Of a stretch of DNA of 32,000 bases, positions 16,656 through 25,913 are shown piece after piece. The DNA is from Opitutales bacterium (GTDB taxonomy: Bacteria; Verrucomicrobiota; Verrucomicrobiia; Opitutales; PNEW01). The notes beneath the pieces were generated by a model. That model ran no database searches. It was not told the origin of the DNA and worked only from the letters and a program-made list of their open reading frames with translations. The stretch spans positions 630,001-662,000 of the forward strand of contig CBDCNV010000002.1 of the NCBI GenBank assembly GCA_965219535.1. Direction: 5' to 3'. The position numbers were made by a program, and so were the translations under genes. Positions within the stretch are counted from its first letter, which is position 1; the number at the start of each line of letters is the position of its first letter.

Positions 16656-17723
16656 TTGAACGCGATGAAAACAATCGAGCATGAAGAGCGAATTCAGACG
16701 GTTTGTCTTCTTTTCCTGAGCGCCATAGGAATCGGTGTGGCGCTCTTCTTTTTAAAACCCGTCCTTATTCCTTTTGTCCTGGCGATTTTCTTTACCTATT
16801 GCCTGTTACCGGCCATCGATTTATTGAGACGCCATCTTCGCGCACCGCGCTATGTGGCGATGATTGCGACCTTTCTTCTTGGTTGCATTCTTCTCGCATT
16901 AATCGGGGTCCTCATTGCGGCGTCGGTCGGTCAAATGTCCACCCATGCCGAAGTCTATCAAACGCAGTTTATGCAGCTTTTAGATAAGTTTATGGCAGCC
17001 ATTCCCCTTGAACGCTTTGGGGTCCAACCGGCAGACCTTACGACTTCACTCTTAAATAACCTCGAGAATGTTGTGGGGAGCGTGGTCTCAGGCACGATCA
17101 GCTCGATCATGAGTGTTATTTCCAATGGGCTGCTGGTGTTGATCTTTTTACTCTTTCTTCTCATCGGAAGAACCGCAGGGGAGGAGACGACGCGAGGTAT
17201 TCTTGGCGAGATCGAGATGCGCATTAAGCGTTTTATATTAACCAAAGTATTAGTCTCAGTGCTGACGGGTATTCTTGTGGGCGCGGTGCTCGCGATCCTC
17301 GGTGTGCCTTTCGCTTTCGTTTTTGGTGTTCTTGCTTTCCTCTTTAATTTTATTCCCAGTATTGGATCGGTAATCGCGACTCTTATTCCCTTACCTGTTA
17401 TACTACTAAACCCTGAACTCGGAATGACCGCTAAAATCCTGGCTCTCGCTATACCAGGGATAATTCAATTCTCAGTCGGAAACTTTATAGAACCAAAATT
17501 AATGGGTAGATCGCTTGACCTGCATCCTATCGTCATCCTCATGTCATTAATTTTCTTCGGGATAATCTGGGGGATAATAGGGATGTTCCTGGCGACACCC
17601 ATTACCGCGGTAATTAAAATCATCTTTGAGAAAATTGAGATTACCAAACCAGTGGCGGAGATACTTGCCGGGCGGATGAATGTATTAATGGATGAAACGG
17701 GTGATGTTGCCGCTAGCCCTTAA
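16656..17723 (+). CDS. AI-2E family transporter (PerM/UPF0118)
   Basis: About 8 predicted TM segments. FNFIPSIGSVIA and LHPIVILMSLIFFGIIWGIIGMFLATPITAV match the family. The track start is TTG 16656; the ATG at 16665 is an alternative. Confidence 0.8.
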   Translation: MNAMKTIEHEERIQTVCLLFLSAIGIGVALFFLKPVLIPFVLAIFFTYCLLPAIDLLRRHLRAPRYVAMIATFLLGCILLALIGVLIAASVGQMSTHAEVYQTQFMQLLDKFMAAIPLERFGVQPADLTTSLLNNLENVVGSVVSGTISSIMSVISNGLLVLIFLLFLLIGRTAGEETTRGILGEIEMRIKRFILTKVLVSVLTGILVGAVLAILGVPFAFVFGVLAFLFNFIPSIGSVIATLIPLPVILLNPELGMTAKILALAIPGIIQFSVGNFIEPKLMGRSLDLHPIVILMSLIFFGIIWGIIGMFLATPITAVIKIIFEKIEITKPVAEILAGRMNVLMDETGDVAASP

Positions 17724-17749
17724 AACTTGAAATGGATGAGGTATATGAA

Positions 17750-18643
17750 ATGAAAAATATTATGATTACTAGAATTCTGATTTTAGCCGGTATGCTATTT
17801 GTGCTTAGTTCTTGCGCCGTGGCACCGGAGAACCTGGAAGAAGCCATTCACGAGGCATCGGCGAATGGAGACGCGATCAAAATTAAAGAAATTCTCGAAA
17901 AAGCACCCGAGCTGGTAAACCATCTTAAAAAAGACTCAGCAAGAAGAGATCGAACGCTACTCCACGAGGCGGCGACAAGAGAGGTTGCGGAGATACTCGT
18001 GTCTTATGGAGCGGACATTAACACGAAAGATCGTTTCAACTGGATCCCGTTACATACCGCGAAAAATGGTGAAGTGGCCGAGTATCTCATCAGTAAAGGA
18101 GCTAACGTTCACACTGAGGCCGCGCGTCAATTTACCCCGCTGCACACCGTGGATAATGCGGGAGCAGCTGAAGCACTGATAAGGCATCGCGCTGACGTCA
18201 ATCGTCAGGCCAATCAGCAAATAACGCCTTTATACTGGCAGATACAGAACGGTCATGCCGAAGTTGTTCGTGTTCTCCTGGAGAAACGGGCAAACTGGCG
18301 TGAGCGTTTGAATAATGGGAAGACCCTTCTTCATTTTGCCGCAGATCGTAATAGCCCCGAAATCGTAAATATGCTCGTAAAAAAAGGGCTGCGGGTTGAT
18401 TCCGTTGATGATCTGAAAGCGACACCCTTACATTATTCTGTGTATAAGGATCGCACCGAAGTCGCAACCGTACTGCTCAAACATGGCGCCAATCCCAACG
18501 CAAAACTTTCCAGTGAAGCGGCGATTTTTACTTACGGGGCATCGAACCTGCCTTCTGAAAAAACGGTGGGTGGATTTACCCCCTTGGCTCTCGCCGAGTC
18601 GGAAGAAATGAAAGCGCTCTTACGTCAGCACGGGGCTCGTTAA
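17750..18643 (+). CDS. Ankyrin-repeat lipoprotein
   Basis: MKNIMITRILILAGMLFVLSSC contains a lipobox (L-S-S-C). About 6-7 ANK units follow (TLLHEAA..., IPLHTAKNG..., TPLHTVDNA..., TPLYWQIQNGH..., TLLHFAADRN..., TPLHYSVYKD...). GAGG lies 8 nt before ATG 17750; the track start is 17732. Confidence 0.8.
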   Translation: MKNIMITRILILAGMLFVLSSCAVAPENLEEAIHEASANGDAIKIKEILEKAPELVNHLKKDSARRDRTLLHEAATREVAEILVSYGADINTKDRFNWIPLHTAKNGEVAEYLISKGANVHTEAARQFTPLHTVDNAGAAEALIRHRADVNRQANQQITPLYWQIQNGHAEVVRVLLEKRANWRERLNNGKTLLHFAADRNSPEIVNMLVKKGLRVDSVDDLKATPLHYSVYKDRTEVATVLLKHGANPNAKLSSEAAIFTYGASNLPSEKTVGGFTPLALAESEEMKALLRQHGAR

Positions 18644-18657
18644 AGTAAGCCTTTTTA

Positions 18658-19578
18658 TTACTTCGCACGCAATCCTTCCAGGACCTCTTTAGACATTTTA
18701 CAGATCATCGTATAAGCGGGATCGTAAACATTACCCATATCATATTCAACCGTTTGCCCCATTAATGTGTGAGCGGCGCGGGTGCTGAGACCATAATCTT
18801 CCTCTAACCATCGCACCATTTCAGTCGTTGCGTGTTCGACACATTGATCGAGGGGACGGGCATTGCCCACAGTTAAAATATGAGTGTCATTTTCCGCCCG
18901 GGGCCAATGAATGGTTTTTCCTTTTTGGAGATGCACGGTGAATGTCACGTCGAAAGAGATCTCCATGCCGGTTCCTACAATTTCACCATCGCCTTGCGCG
19001 GCATGGCCGTCACCTAAGTGAAAGAGCGCCCCTTCAGCCTCTACCGGAAAAAAAACAGTAACACCCTGGACAAAACCGTTGTAATCCATGTTGCCACCGT
19101 GAGTAGAAGAAGTGGCGGTGGAAATTGCCTGGCCACCTGGCGGGGCCACGCCAAAACATCCGGGCATGGGGAGTAAGGGGACACTTAAATTACTAAGCGG
19201 AGGGTCGACATCCAGGGGGCGTGCGGTATTTTTTTCGAGGTTGATTTCCCACTCTATTTTTATCTTATCATCATCAAATTCAGGATGGTATTCAGGATCG
19301 AGAACATTGGGGGCAATGGCACAGCGTGTCCAGGCGGTCTTCCGATTGGGAGTGATTTTGTCAAAAGTTACGGCCAGTGAATCTCCCTTCTCGGCTCCTT
19401 CGATGTAAAAGGGACCTGTCATTGGATTACCGCGCTTACCCACTTGATTATACTCAGCATCAACCCCCCAGGCATCGATCGTTGTGGTGGAGACCGTATC
19501 TCCATCGGCGATTTTCAGAACCGGCTCGTGAGAACCTATTGTATTATAGTAAACTTCAGGTGTGAATTGATGGTGCAT
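18658..19578 (-). CDS. Acetamidase/formamidase family protein
   Basis: 306 aa. ...VLKIADGDTVSTTTIDA...GNPMTGPFYIEGAEKGDSLAVTFDKI...HLGDGHAAQGDGEI fits the FmdA/AmdA family pattern. Confidence 0.75.
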   Translation of the reverse strand: MHHQFTPEVYYNTIGSHEPVLKIADGDTVSTTTIDAWGVDAEYNQVGKRGNPMTGPFYIEGAEKGDSLAVTFDKITPNRKTAWTRCAIAPNVLDPEYHPEFDDDKIKIEWEINLEKNTARPLDVDPPLSNLSVPLLPMPGCFGVAPPGGQAISTATSSTHGGNMDYNGFVQGVTVFFPVEAEGALFHLGDGHAAQGDGEIVGTGMEISFDVTFTVHLQKGKTIHWPRAENDTHILTVGNARPLDQCVEHATTEMVRWLEEDYGLSTRAAHTLMGQTVEYDMGNVYDPAYTMICKMSKEVLEGLRAK

Positions 19579-19582
19579 GGTG

Positions 19583-19616
19583 CGATTGGCGATTTCTGAT
19601 TTACGATTTCCGATTG
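19583..19616. repeat. CGATT(T/G)-rich arm, inverted relative to 19690..19715
   Basis: CGATTGGCGATTTCTGATTTACGATTTCCGATTG. 19604..19615 is complementary to 19690..19701 at 11/12. The odd pair is a U-G wobble in - strand RNA. Confidence 0.6.
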
Positions 19617-19689
19617 AACCTGGCGGCAGCTAAATATTTATTCTTCTATCTTACTTCTTATATCCATCTATATCTAGCGTTCCTTCTAA

Positions 19690-19715
19690 AATCGAAAATC
19701 GGCGATCGGCAATTG
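19690..19715. repeat. AATCGAAAATCGGC-GATCGGC-AATTG repeat (second locus)
   Basis: Same 14-mer and GGCAATTG tail as 15503..15520. Lies 8-33 nt past the stop of the enolase-superfamily gene. Confidence 0.75.
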
Positions 19716-19722
19716 AAATTTG

Positions 19723-20859
19723 CTAGGTTTTGTTTTTTTCAATATAATCAAAATTGATTTTCAATCCGAGGCCCGGTTCCTGGGAGACATGGACAAAACC
19801 TTCGCTATCGAGAGGATCGGAGATTTCATGGAGCCAGGGTGGGGGTTTATCATAGTCGATAAAAGGGTGTAACAAACCGCGTTCATAGTAGAGGCCTGCA
19901 ATGCCCATCGCACAGAGGACGTGCAGGTTGCCGGGACCGCCACCATGAACTTCCATTCTCATCCCAAAGGATTCACAGAGATGGGCTGTCTTAATCAACG
20001 GGGTAATACCGCCGAGGTCTCCGACTCCTCCCCGAATGATGTCGCTCGCGCCGCGTTTGATCCACTCAGCCCGGGTGAAATGTTTGCCTTCCGCGGTTTC
20101 CGGACCCACCACGGGGATATCGAGCTGCTCGGTGAGCCACACATAGGAGGAGACACTTTGCTCATCCATCGGTTCTTCAATCCAAAGATAATTTAACTTT
20201 TCCAGTTCTCGTCCGATGAAAAGCGCCTCGTGCCGATCGTAAAAATGATAGGAATCCAACATGAGATCTATATCATCACCCACTCGTTCTCTCACCGCGC
20301 GGCAAGCGGCTACATCCATCTTCGGATCCGGAGCCCATTCGATGGGCGGCATCCAGGTGTGCAGTTTAATCGCTTTATAACCACGGTCCACACTCATTTG
20401 AGCAAAATCGCCGTAGGCTTCGGGGGTATTCAATCCGCCTTCCAGTTCGTCGCCGCACATGCTGCTGGCATAAGCCGGTACCTTATCGCGAAAAGCACCC
20501 AATAATTTATGAACCGGTTGATTGGCACTACACCCCGCTAAATCCCATAGGGCCATGTCTACTACCGCAATCTCACGATCGGAGAGTCCGCTTTTATGAA
20601 TGCGCTGCCATTGATTGAGACGCTGCCAGATTTTCTCACGATAAAGGGGGTCTTCTCCGACAATTGCGGACTTGACGATATGTTCCATAACCCGGGGATC
20701 ACCGCCAAAGCAGTAACCTTCAAGGTCTTCATCGGTAATGATGCGCGTCAGAGTCTGGGTTGCTTCATGCTCCCCTCCCGGATGGCCGTGACCCTCGGAA
20801 TCACTGACATGATTCGAAAGGTAAGTAAATTGATCTACGGTGACATCGATAATTTTCAT
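19723..20859 (-). CDS. Enolase-superfamily enzyme (mandelate racemase/muconate lactonizing family; sugar-acid dehydratase-like)
   Basis: 378 aa. AIKLHTW, DLMLDSYHFY, LWIEEP and DIIRGGVGDLGGIT sit at the spacing expected for the metal-ligand and barrel motifs of the family. Confidence 0.75.
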   Translation of the reverse strand: MKIIDVTVDQFTYLSNHVSDSEGHGHPGGEHEATQTLTRIITDEDLEGYCFGGDPRVMEHIVKSAIVGEDPLYREKIWQRLNQWQRIHKSGLSDREIAVVDMALWDLAGCSANQPVHKLLGAFRDKVPAYASSMCGDELEGGLNTPEAYGDFAQMSVDRGYKAIKLHTWMPPIEWAPDPKMDVAACRAVRERVGDDIDLMLDSYHFYDRHEALFIGRELEKLNYLWIEEPMDEQSVSSYVWLTEQLDIPVVGPETAEGKHFTRAEWIKRGASDIIRGGVGDLGGITPLIKTAHLCESFGMRMEVHGGGPGNLHVLCAMGIAGLYYERGLLHPFIDYDKPPPWLHEISDPLDSEGFVHVSQEPGLGLKINFDYIEKNKT

Positions 20860-20874
20860 AGGATTAAGAAAAAA

Positions 20875-22119
20875 TTAATCGATTGTGGGCGGATCAGCTA
20901 TAACGCGAGTTTTCCGTCCCTTTTGTATCGCTTTAATTTGTTTATTGGCAAGGGCCACTTCCTTGTCATTGATCAGAGCAGAATATTCAATCGTAAAGTC
21001 TCTGCTCTCTCCTCCTTTGAGTTTAGGTATCCTGCCAAACTTCCGCTCAATACGTCGATTATAAGGAAAACTGGTTCCCGGTTCCAGTCCTGTAACATAA
21101 CCGTCTTCGATGGCGGCTGTATTTTTCCATAAATTTACGATCGGGAGCTGGTCCACCGAAAAGACCATCGATAATGCCCGATTGGCTGCCTTGTTTTGGA
21201 TCATGATTTGCGTCATCTTATTCTCATCGGCATAGGGGTGCATGCAGTAGACTTGCTCAATGAATCCTTGGATCGGGGTCTCGTAAACCTTGTATCGGTT
21301 TATAAACTTTGCTGCGTGATCATTGAAAGGAAAGACCTCTTTTACCGCGCCGACAAACTGTGCGCCCTCTTCCAATAAGGGCGGGCCAAAGTTGACATGA
21401 TATAGAATTTCAAACTCCTCGTCGAAGCCCCCACGATTGGTGATTTTATCCTCCATGCGAAGTGAATGCGAACCGGGGATTGTAGAATATTCCGTCCAGA
21501 GCTCAAATTTTGGCCCATAAAACATTCTTTCATGAACAATCCCGCGTATGCGTATGCGGTGCGGCGGCTCCCGATCGACCAACACTCGGACTTCAGAAGC
21601 GGGAATATTTGCGATCTTACCATGCAGCGTTAAATCCATCTCCGCTTCGTCGCCCGCATTATTGATAAATTTGTCTTTACCGGGGTGGCCCATAAATTCG
21701 ATGCCGCAGCGAACCATCCATTCATTAAAGCCATCCAACCAACCAAGGCCGCCCCGCTCCTGCAAATTGACATACTGGGGATGCACGACTTCTTTGACCG
21801 GTGAGTCCCATCCCAGTCGCATGTCCTCCAGATTCGCTTTCAGTATTCCCATCCCCCGCGTGGGAATCACCGTGAAACTTAATTTTCCGTTGTCCACTTC
21901 AATGACATCCACCCCTTCCTGCTTACCGCCGTGCAAGGTGTATTTTCTGATAGACCAGGGAGACCCGCTGTCAAAATCGACATCCTCATGAGACAACTGC
22001 CAGCTCTCTATATGTATTCCGCGTTTGGAACTCGTTAATAGTTGAGTGATTTGCTCATAGCCATATGCCGGAATAATGAACCACGAAAGAAGCAGACATG
22101 TAATTGTTTTATGCATCAT
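20875..22119 (-). CDS. Galactose-mutarotase-like (aldose 1-epimerase superfamily, DUF4432-like) protein with probable signal peptide
   Basis: [22 protein letters not shown] signal-like N-terminus. [31 protein letters not shown]...[15 protein letters not shown] matches my recollection of DUF4432 proteins. Confidence 0.5.
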   Translation of the reverse strand: MMHKTITCLLLSWFIIPAYGYEQITQLLTSSKRGIHIESWQLSHEDVDFDSGSPWSIRKYTLHGGKQEGVDVIEVDNGKLSFTVIPTRGMGILKANLEDMRLGWDSPVKEVVHPQYVNLQERGGLGWLDGFNEWMVRCGIEFMGHPGKDKFINNAGDEAEMDLTLHGKIANIPASEVRVLVDREPPHRIRIRGIVHERMFYGPKFELWTEYSTIPGSHSLRMEDKITNRGGFDEEFEILYHVNFGPPLLEEGAQFVGAVKEVFPFNDHAAKFINRYKVYETPIQGFIEQVYCMHPYADENKMTQIMIQNKAANRALSMVFSVDQLPIVNLWKNTAAIEDGYVTGLEPGTSFPYNRRIERKFGRIPKLKGGESRDFTIEYSALINDKEVALANKQIKAIQKGRKTRVIADPPTID

Positions 22120-22149
22120 TTTTTAGGAGGTTGATAATCAGGTTACAGG

Positions 22150-22947
22150 TTATAACCCGAGAGTTTTCATCAATTGAATTTTTTTCATACGTTCTGGACC
22201 TGCGGTTTCGAAAAGCCGATCCGAGATCAAACGGCCCGTTTCGGGGGACCATTGTTCCCCTTGGGATTTGTTTAAGCTGATGATACGCTCAATTTCCCAA
22301 TCCATGCGCGGATGTGTTCTCATCATCCATGCCATCTGCCGGCGGTTGGCGCCGCCACCCCAGCAGGCATGCTGGATCCTCGTATTGAAGACGATAAGAT
22401 CTCCCTTCTCTATTGTAATCTCATAACGACCGGGAAACTGGTCCGTGGGGTAGCCCACGATCAATTCATCAATGTGTTTTTTTTCGAAGGTATCGCTTAA
22501 GTGCATCGGCCAGTGATGACTTCCCGGAATAAAGCTTAAACAGCCTTTTCCCGGGTCGATCTCATCAAGGTAAAACGTCTGCTTCATATCGATGGCGGGT
22601 TCGGGCATATTGCCATCGCGATGCCAGTTGGTATTACCGTTATGTATCTGTCCGTCAGAGCTGCCATAGAAGATGCAATCTTCACCGAGCAGATCTTCTG
22701 CAATAGTCGCCAGTTTGGGGTGATCGAGCAGATTGTAAAAGTAAGGGTCGGCCTCAAATAAAGGGACAATAACGCGATGCCCGTCCGGGAATATTCTGTG
22801 ACCGGGAACCGAATCATCATCCTGTGCTTTATCCATTACCGCGTCAAATCTAGTGGAAAAATCATTGATCTCTTCATGCGTGAGCACCCCGGGGACCTTA
22901 AGAAAGCCTAATAAATGAAAATGAGTTTTTTGTTCGTCAGTCAGCAT
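22150..22947 (-). CDS. PhyH-type Fe(II)/2-oxoglutarate dioxygenase (divergent copy, opposite strand)
   Basis: MLTDEQKTHFHLLGFLKV..., NWHRD (HxD), FIPGSHHWP, IQHACWGGGANRR. Start at ATG 22947 chosen by analogy with the MLTEQQ starts of the array; the track start is 23034. Confidence 0.75.
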   Translation of the reverse strand: MLTDEQKTHFHLLGFLKVPGVLTHEEINDFSTRFDAVMDKAQDDDSVPGHRIFPDGHRVIVPLFEADPYFYNLLDHPKLATIAEDLLGEDCIFYGSSDGQIHNGNTNWHRDGNMPEPAIDMKQTFYLDEIDPGKGCLSFIPGSHHWPMHLSDTFEKKHIDELIVGYPTDQFPGRYEITIEKGDLIVFNTRIQHACWGGGANRRQMAWMMRTHPRMDWEIERIISLNKSQGEQWSPETGRLISDRLFETAGPERMKKIQLMKTLGL

Positions 22948-23135
22948 CTTATCAGCTCTTGTCGATTCTCTGGAACCCATATATTGATGTTCTATCCCCT
23001 CCATTTTTAAAAGAAAAATCGACTCCCACCCCAATTGATTTTTTCCTCACTCTACTAAGCTCTTGAATTCAGTTGGATAAAGTGCTGCTTTTGTTAAATA
23101 GAATATAAATCTGAATCAATAAACCTGTATCTGCC

Positions 23136-24041
23136 ATGGAATATTGCCTAATCCCCAACACCGAGATTGAAGTCTCAACCCTCTGTCTCGGAACGATGAC
23201 TTTCGGCGATCCGGTGAAAGAAAAAGAGGCGATCCACATTGTGGACTGGGCTATCGACCACGGATTAAACTTTATCGATACTGCGGATATGTATGAGGGA
23301 TATTCGCGAACCATGGGTTCACCGGGTGGGGTCACCGAAGAAATTCTCGGCGTGGCGTTAAAAGGCAAACGAGATCGTGTCATCGTGACGACGAAGGTGG
23401 GCAACGCGGTTGGCGATGACTCTTATCGGGGAACAGGTCTCAGCCGTAATCACATCATGCACCAGGTCGACGCGAGCCTGAAGCGAATGCAAACGGATTA
23501 TACAGATTTCTACCACCTGCACCGACCGGATCCCGATACACCCTTGGGGGAATCGATAGCCGTGATGGCTGAGCTCATTCAAGCGGGTAAAGTACGGCAT
23601 TGGGGATTTTCAAATTTTGAAGTGGAACAGATCCGTGAAATGCTTCAACTCTGCCAAACTAACAACTGGCCGCGTCCGGTTATCAGTCAACCGAATTACA
23701 GTTGGTTGAATCGAACTGCGGAAGAAGAACATTTACCCTTATGTAAGCAAGAATCCATTGCCGTAACTCCTTTTAAAGTCTTGGAAGGCGGGCTGCTTAC
23801 CGGTAAATATCGGAAAGGGCAGGAAGCTCCCGGTGACAGTCGAAATAGTGAAAACCCCGGGTGGATCGCATTTGATATGGACGATGATTTATTCGCTAAA
23901 CTGGATGCGTTTGAAAACGAAGCGAAGATAAAGTCGCGCAGTCCTGTAAAGCACGCCGTAAACTGGGTGTTGGAACAGGACGGAATCGCCTCAGTTGTGC
24001 TGGGGTTGAAACGGACCGACCAACTCGCTGATTTGCTTTAA
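23136..24041 (+). CDS. Aldo/keto reductase
   Basis: LCLGTMTFG...AIDHGLNFIDTADMYEGY...VIVTTKVG...YHLHRPD...RHWGFSNF are classical AKR motifs. Confidence 0.85.
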   Translation: MEYCLIPNTEIEVSTLCLGTMTFGDPVKEKEAIHIVDWAIDHGLNFIDTADMYEGYSRTMGSPGGVTEEILGVALKGKRDRVIVTTKVGNAVGDDSYRGTGLSRNHIMHQVDASLKRMQTDYTDFYHLHRPDPDTPLGESIAVMAELIQAGKVRHWGFSNFEVEQIREMLQLCQTNNWPRPVISQPNYSWLNRTAEEEHLPLCKQESIAVTPFKVLEGGLLTGKYRKGQEAPGDSRNSENPGWIAFDMDDDLFAKLDAFENEAKIKSRSPVKHAVNWVLEQDGIASVVLGLKRTDQLADLL

Positions 24042-24096
24042 AAAACGCAAACGGTAGCCATTGACTGTTGTCACTTTTTCCTGCATAATATCACGG

Positions 24097-24918
24097 ATGC
24101 TGAAAAAGGGACAGTTGGCTCATTTCGAAACTTTCGGGTTTCTCGTCTTGCGGCAGGCATTTTCACCCGCGGAGATGAAGACGATTATTGATGCAGCCGA
24201 AGAAATATGGGCGGTCGATGATGGAATGTCCGTTGGCAGTGGTGAAAACAACAGTGCTACCTCGGTGAGAGCGATTGTCGAAAGGCATCCAAAGTTAACA
24301 TCGCTTGCGGAAGACGACCGTATTTATGGAACCCTGGAAAAATTGCTGGGTCCGGAATTCATTTGGGCATTTTCGGAAGGGCAGCGAGGGCGCATCAGCA
24401 CCTCCTGGCATAATGACCGCCCGGGTAAGAATCAGAATAAATATACCCGCATCAAGGTTCACCTTTATCTCGAGCCGACAACAAAAGAGACCGGCGCGAT
24501 TCGCGTCATCCCCGGTTCTCATCGTTCACCCTATCACGAATCACTCGAGCCGCTCATGAATCGTCATATGCATAAAAATGATGCAATGAATGATAAAGAG
24601 GGTGGAGTCGGAAATCATCATACCTTACCCTTCGGGGTGGATGGGCCAGATATTCCCTGTTATGCTTTTGAATCCAAACCCGGAGACGTAATATTTTTTC
24701 ATCAGAATATATTCCACGCCGTGTATGGAGGACTGGGTGAAAGGCGCAGGTATATCGCGATGAAATTCGCGGCGAAACCGACGACCGATGAACATATCCG
24801 TTTAATTAAGGAACATACGGAATATGTATTCCATCCCCATGAAGCTTTTCTTAATAGCGATCGACCGCGCATCCGTGGGATGGTCAAAAACCTGGAAGAA
24901 TTGGGAGCTAGAGTTTAA
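24097..24918 (+). CDS. PhyH-type Fe(II)/2OG dioxygenase, array copy 1 (divergent)
   Basis: MLKKGQLAHFETFGFLVLRQAF, SWHND, GAIRVIPGSHRSP, IFHAVYGGLGERRR. The ATG at 24097 is preferred over the TTG at 24061. Confidence 0.8.
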   Translation: MLKKGQLAHFETFGFLVLRQAFSPAEMKTIIDAAEEIWAVDDGMSVGSGENNSATSVRAIVERHPKLTSLAEDDRIYGTLEKLLGPEFIWAFSEGQRGRISTSWHNDRPGKNQNKYTRIKVHLYLEPTTKETGAIRVIPGSHRSPYHESLEPLMNRHMHKNDAMNDKEGGVGNHHTLPFGVDGPDIPCYAFESKPGDVIFFHQNIFHAVYGGLGERRRYIAMKFAAKPTTDEHIRLIKEHTEYVFHPHEAFLNSDRPRIRGMVKNLEELGARV

Positions 24919-25062
24919 GTCTAAATATTACTTATACAGTTGTCGAATCACGCAAATAATTGAGTCAAAATATGCTTTTTTTTTTGAGAAGGTATGCGTA
25001 ATTATTATACTTCGAAAAATAACAGGATTTCATATTAATAGATAAACAATATAAGGTCATAT

Positions 25063-25884
25063 ATGTTAACCGAGCAACAGGTCACTCAATTTCACACCTT
25101 TGGGTTTCTGGTTCTGCGAAATATTATTACGGAAGCAGAGCATAAGAACATCAGTGAGGAAGTTGAAAAAGGTTACGCGGAGAAAGATAAAAGCGAATTC
25201 ATTGGCGGAGAACGTCTTCAGTTGAACTGGACCAACCTTGTCCCTCTCTGCCCCTTTTTAACTTCATTGCTTGAGAACCCAAGATTTTATGGAATTACGC
25301 AACAGCTCCTGGGAGAAGACGCCGTAGGCTTTGACACCACATCTAATATTATGAAAGGAGACCGCACTATCTGGCATCCCGATGCTCCACCTAATCTACA
25401 GGGATTAAAATTTACCTTTTATCTTGACCCTCTCGATGGAGAGTCGGGTGCGGTACGTATCATCCCCGGATCCCATCAGCCTGGATTCAGTGAGGCGATA
25501 GGAGAAATCAATTTAAAGGATAACAATCCCGGTCCTCCTGTAGATCCCGGTCTCGCCATTAACGAGGTGCCCTGTCATATATGTGAAACCGGTCCACGCG
25601 ACGCTGTTATTATGAACTATCTTAACTGGCATGCCAGCTGGCGTGGTTCATCACGCCGAAGGATGGTAACTTTAAAATATTATAAAAACCCGAAGAGTGC
25701 TGATGAAACTGAAGCGCTGCGGATACATTTCAAAAAAGCAATAGAAGACCGGAAAAATAATAAATTAACCATTAATAGAGCCTATTCCGAGTCCTGGCTT
25801 TCAAATCCCGATAACAGCCCGGTTCGCGCACGCTGGATAAGCTGGTTGCAGAAATGGGGATTGATTGATACAGTTGCAGCTTGA
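25063..25884 (+). CDS. PhyH-type Fe(II)/2OG dioxygenase, array copy 2 (sub-type A)
   Basis: MLTEQQVTQFHTFGFLVLRN. WHPD (His 25375..25377, Asp 25381..25383). GAVRIIPGSH. NWHASWRGSSRRR (His 25630..25632). Tail WLSNPDNSPVRARWISWLQKWG. Confidence 0.85.
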   Translation: MLTEQQVTQFHTFGFLVLRNIITEAEHKNISEEVEKGYAEKDKSEFIGGERLQLNWTNLVPLCPFLTSLLENPRFYGITQQLLGEDAVGFDTTSNIMKGDRTIWHPDAPPNLQGLKFTFYLDPLDGESGAVRIIPGSHQPGFSEAIGEINLKDNNPGPPVDPGLAINEVPCHICETGPRDAVIMNYLNWHASWRGSSRRRMVTLKYYKNPKSADETEALRIHFKKAIEDRKNNKLTINRAYSESWLSNPDNSPVRARWISWLQKWGLIDTVAA

Positions 25885-25913
25885 GACGATACTTATAATA
25901 CCTTGAATCAGCT

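Noticed and set aside
24976-24985. T10 tract as a possible intrinsic terminator between array copies 1 and 2
   Set aside because: No GC-rich hairpin precedes it on the + strand. I treat it as an AT-rich spacer or promoter region only.
24824-25045. 73-aa ORF spanning the end of array copy 1 and the AT-rich spacer
   Set aside because: It overlaps copy 1 out of frame and then runs through AT-rich, low-complexity sequence. It most likely reflects a promoter/spacer region and not a gene.
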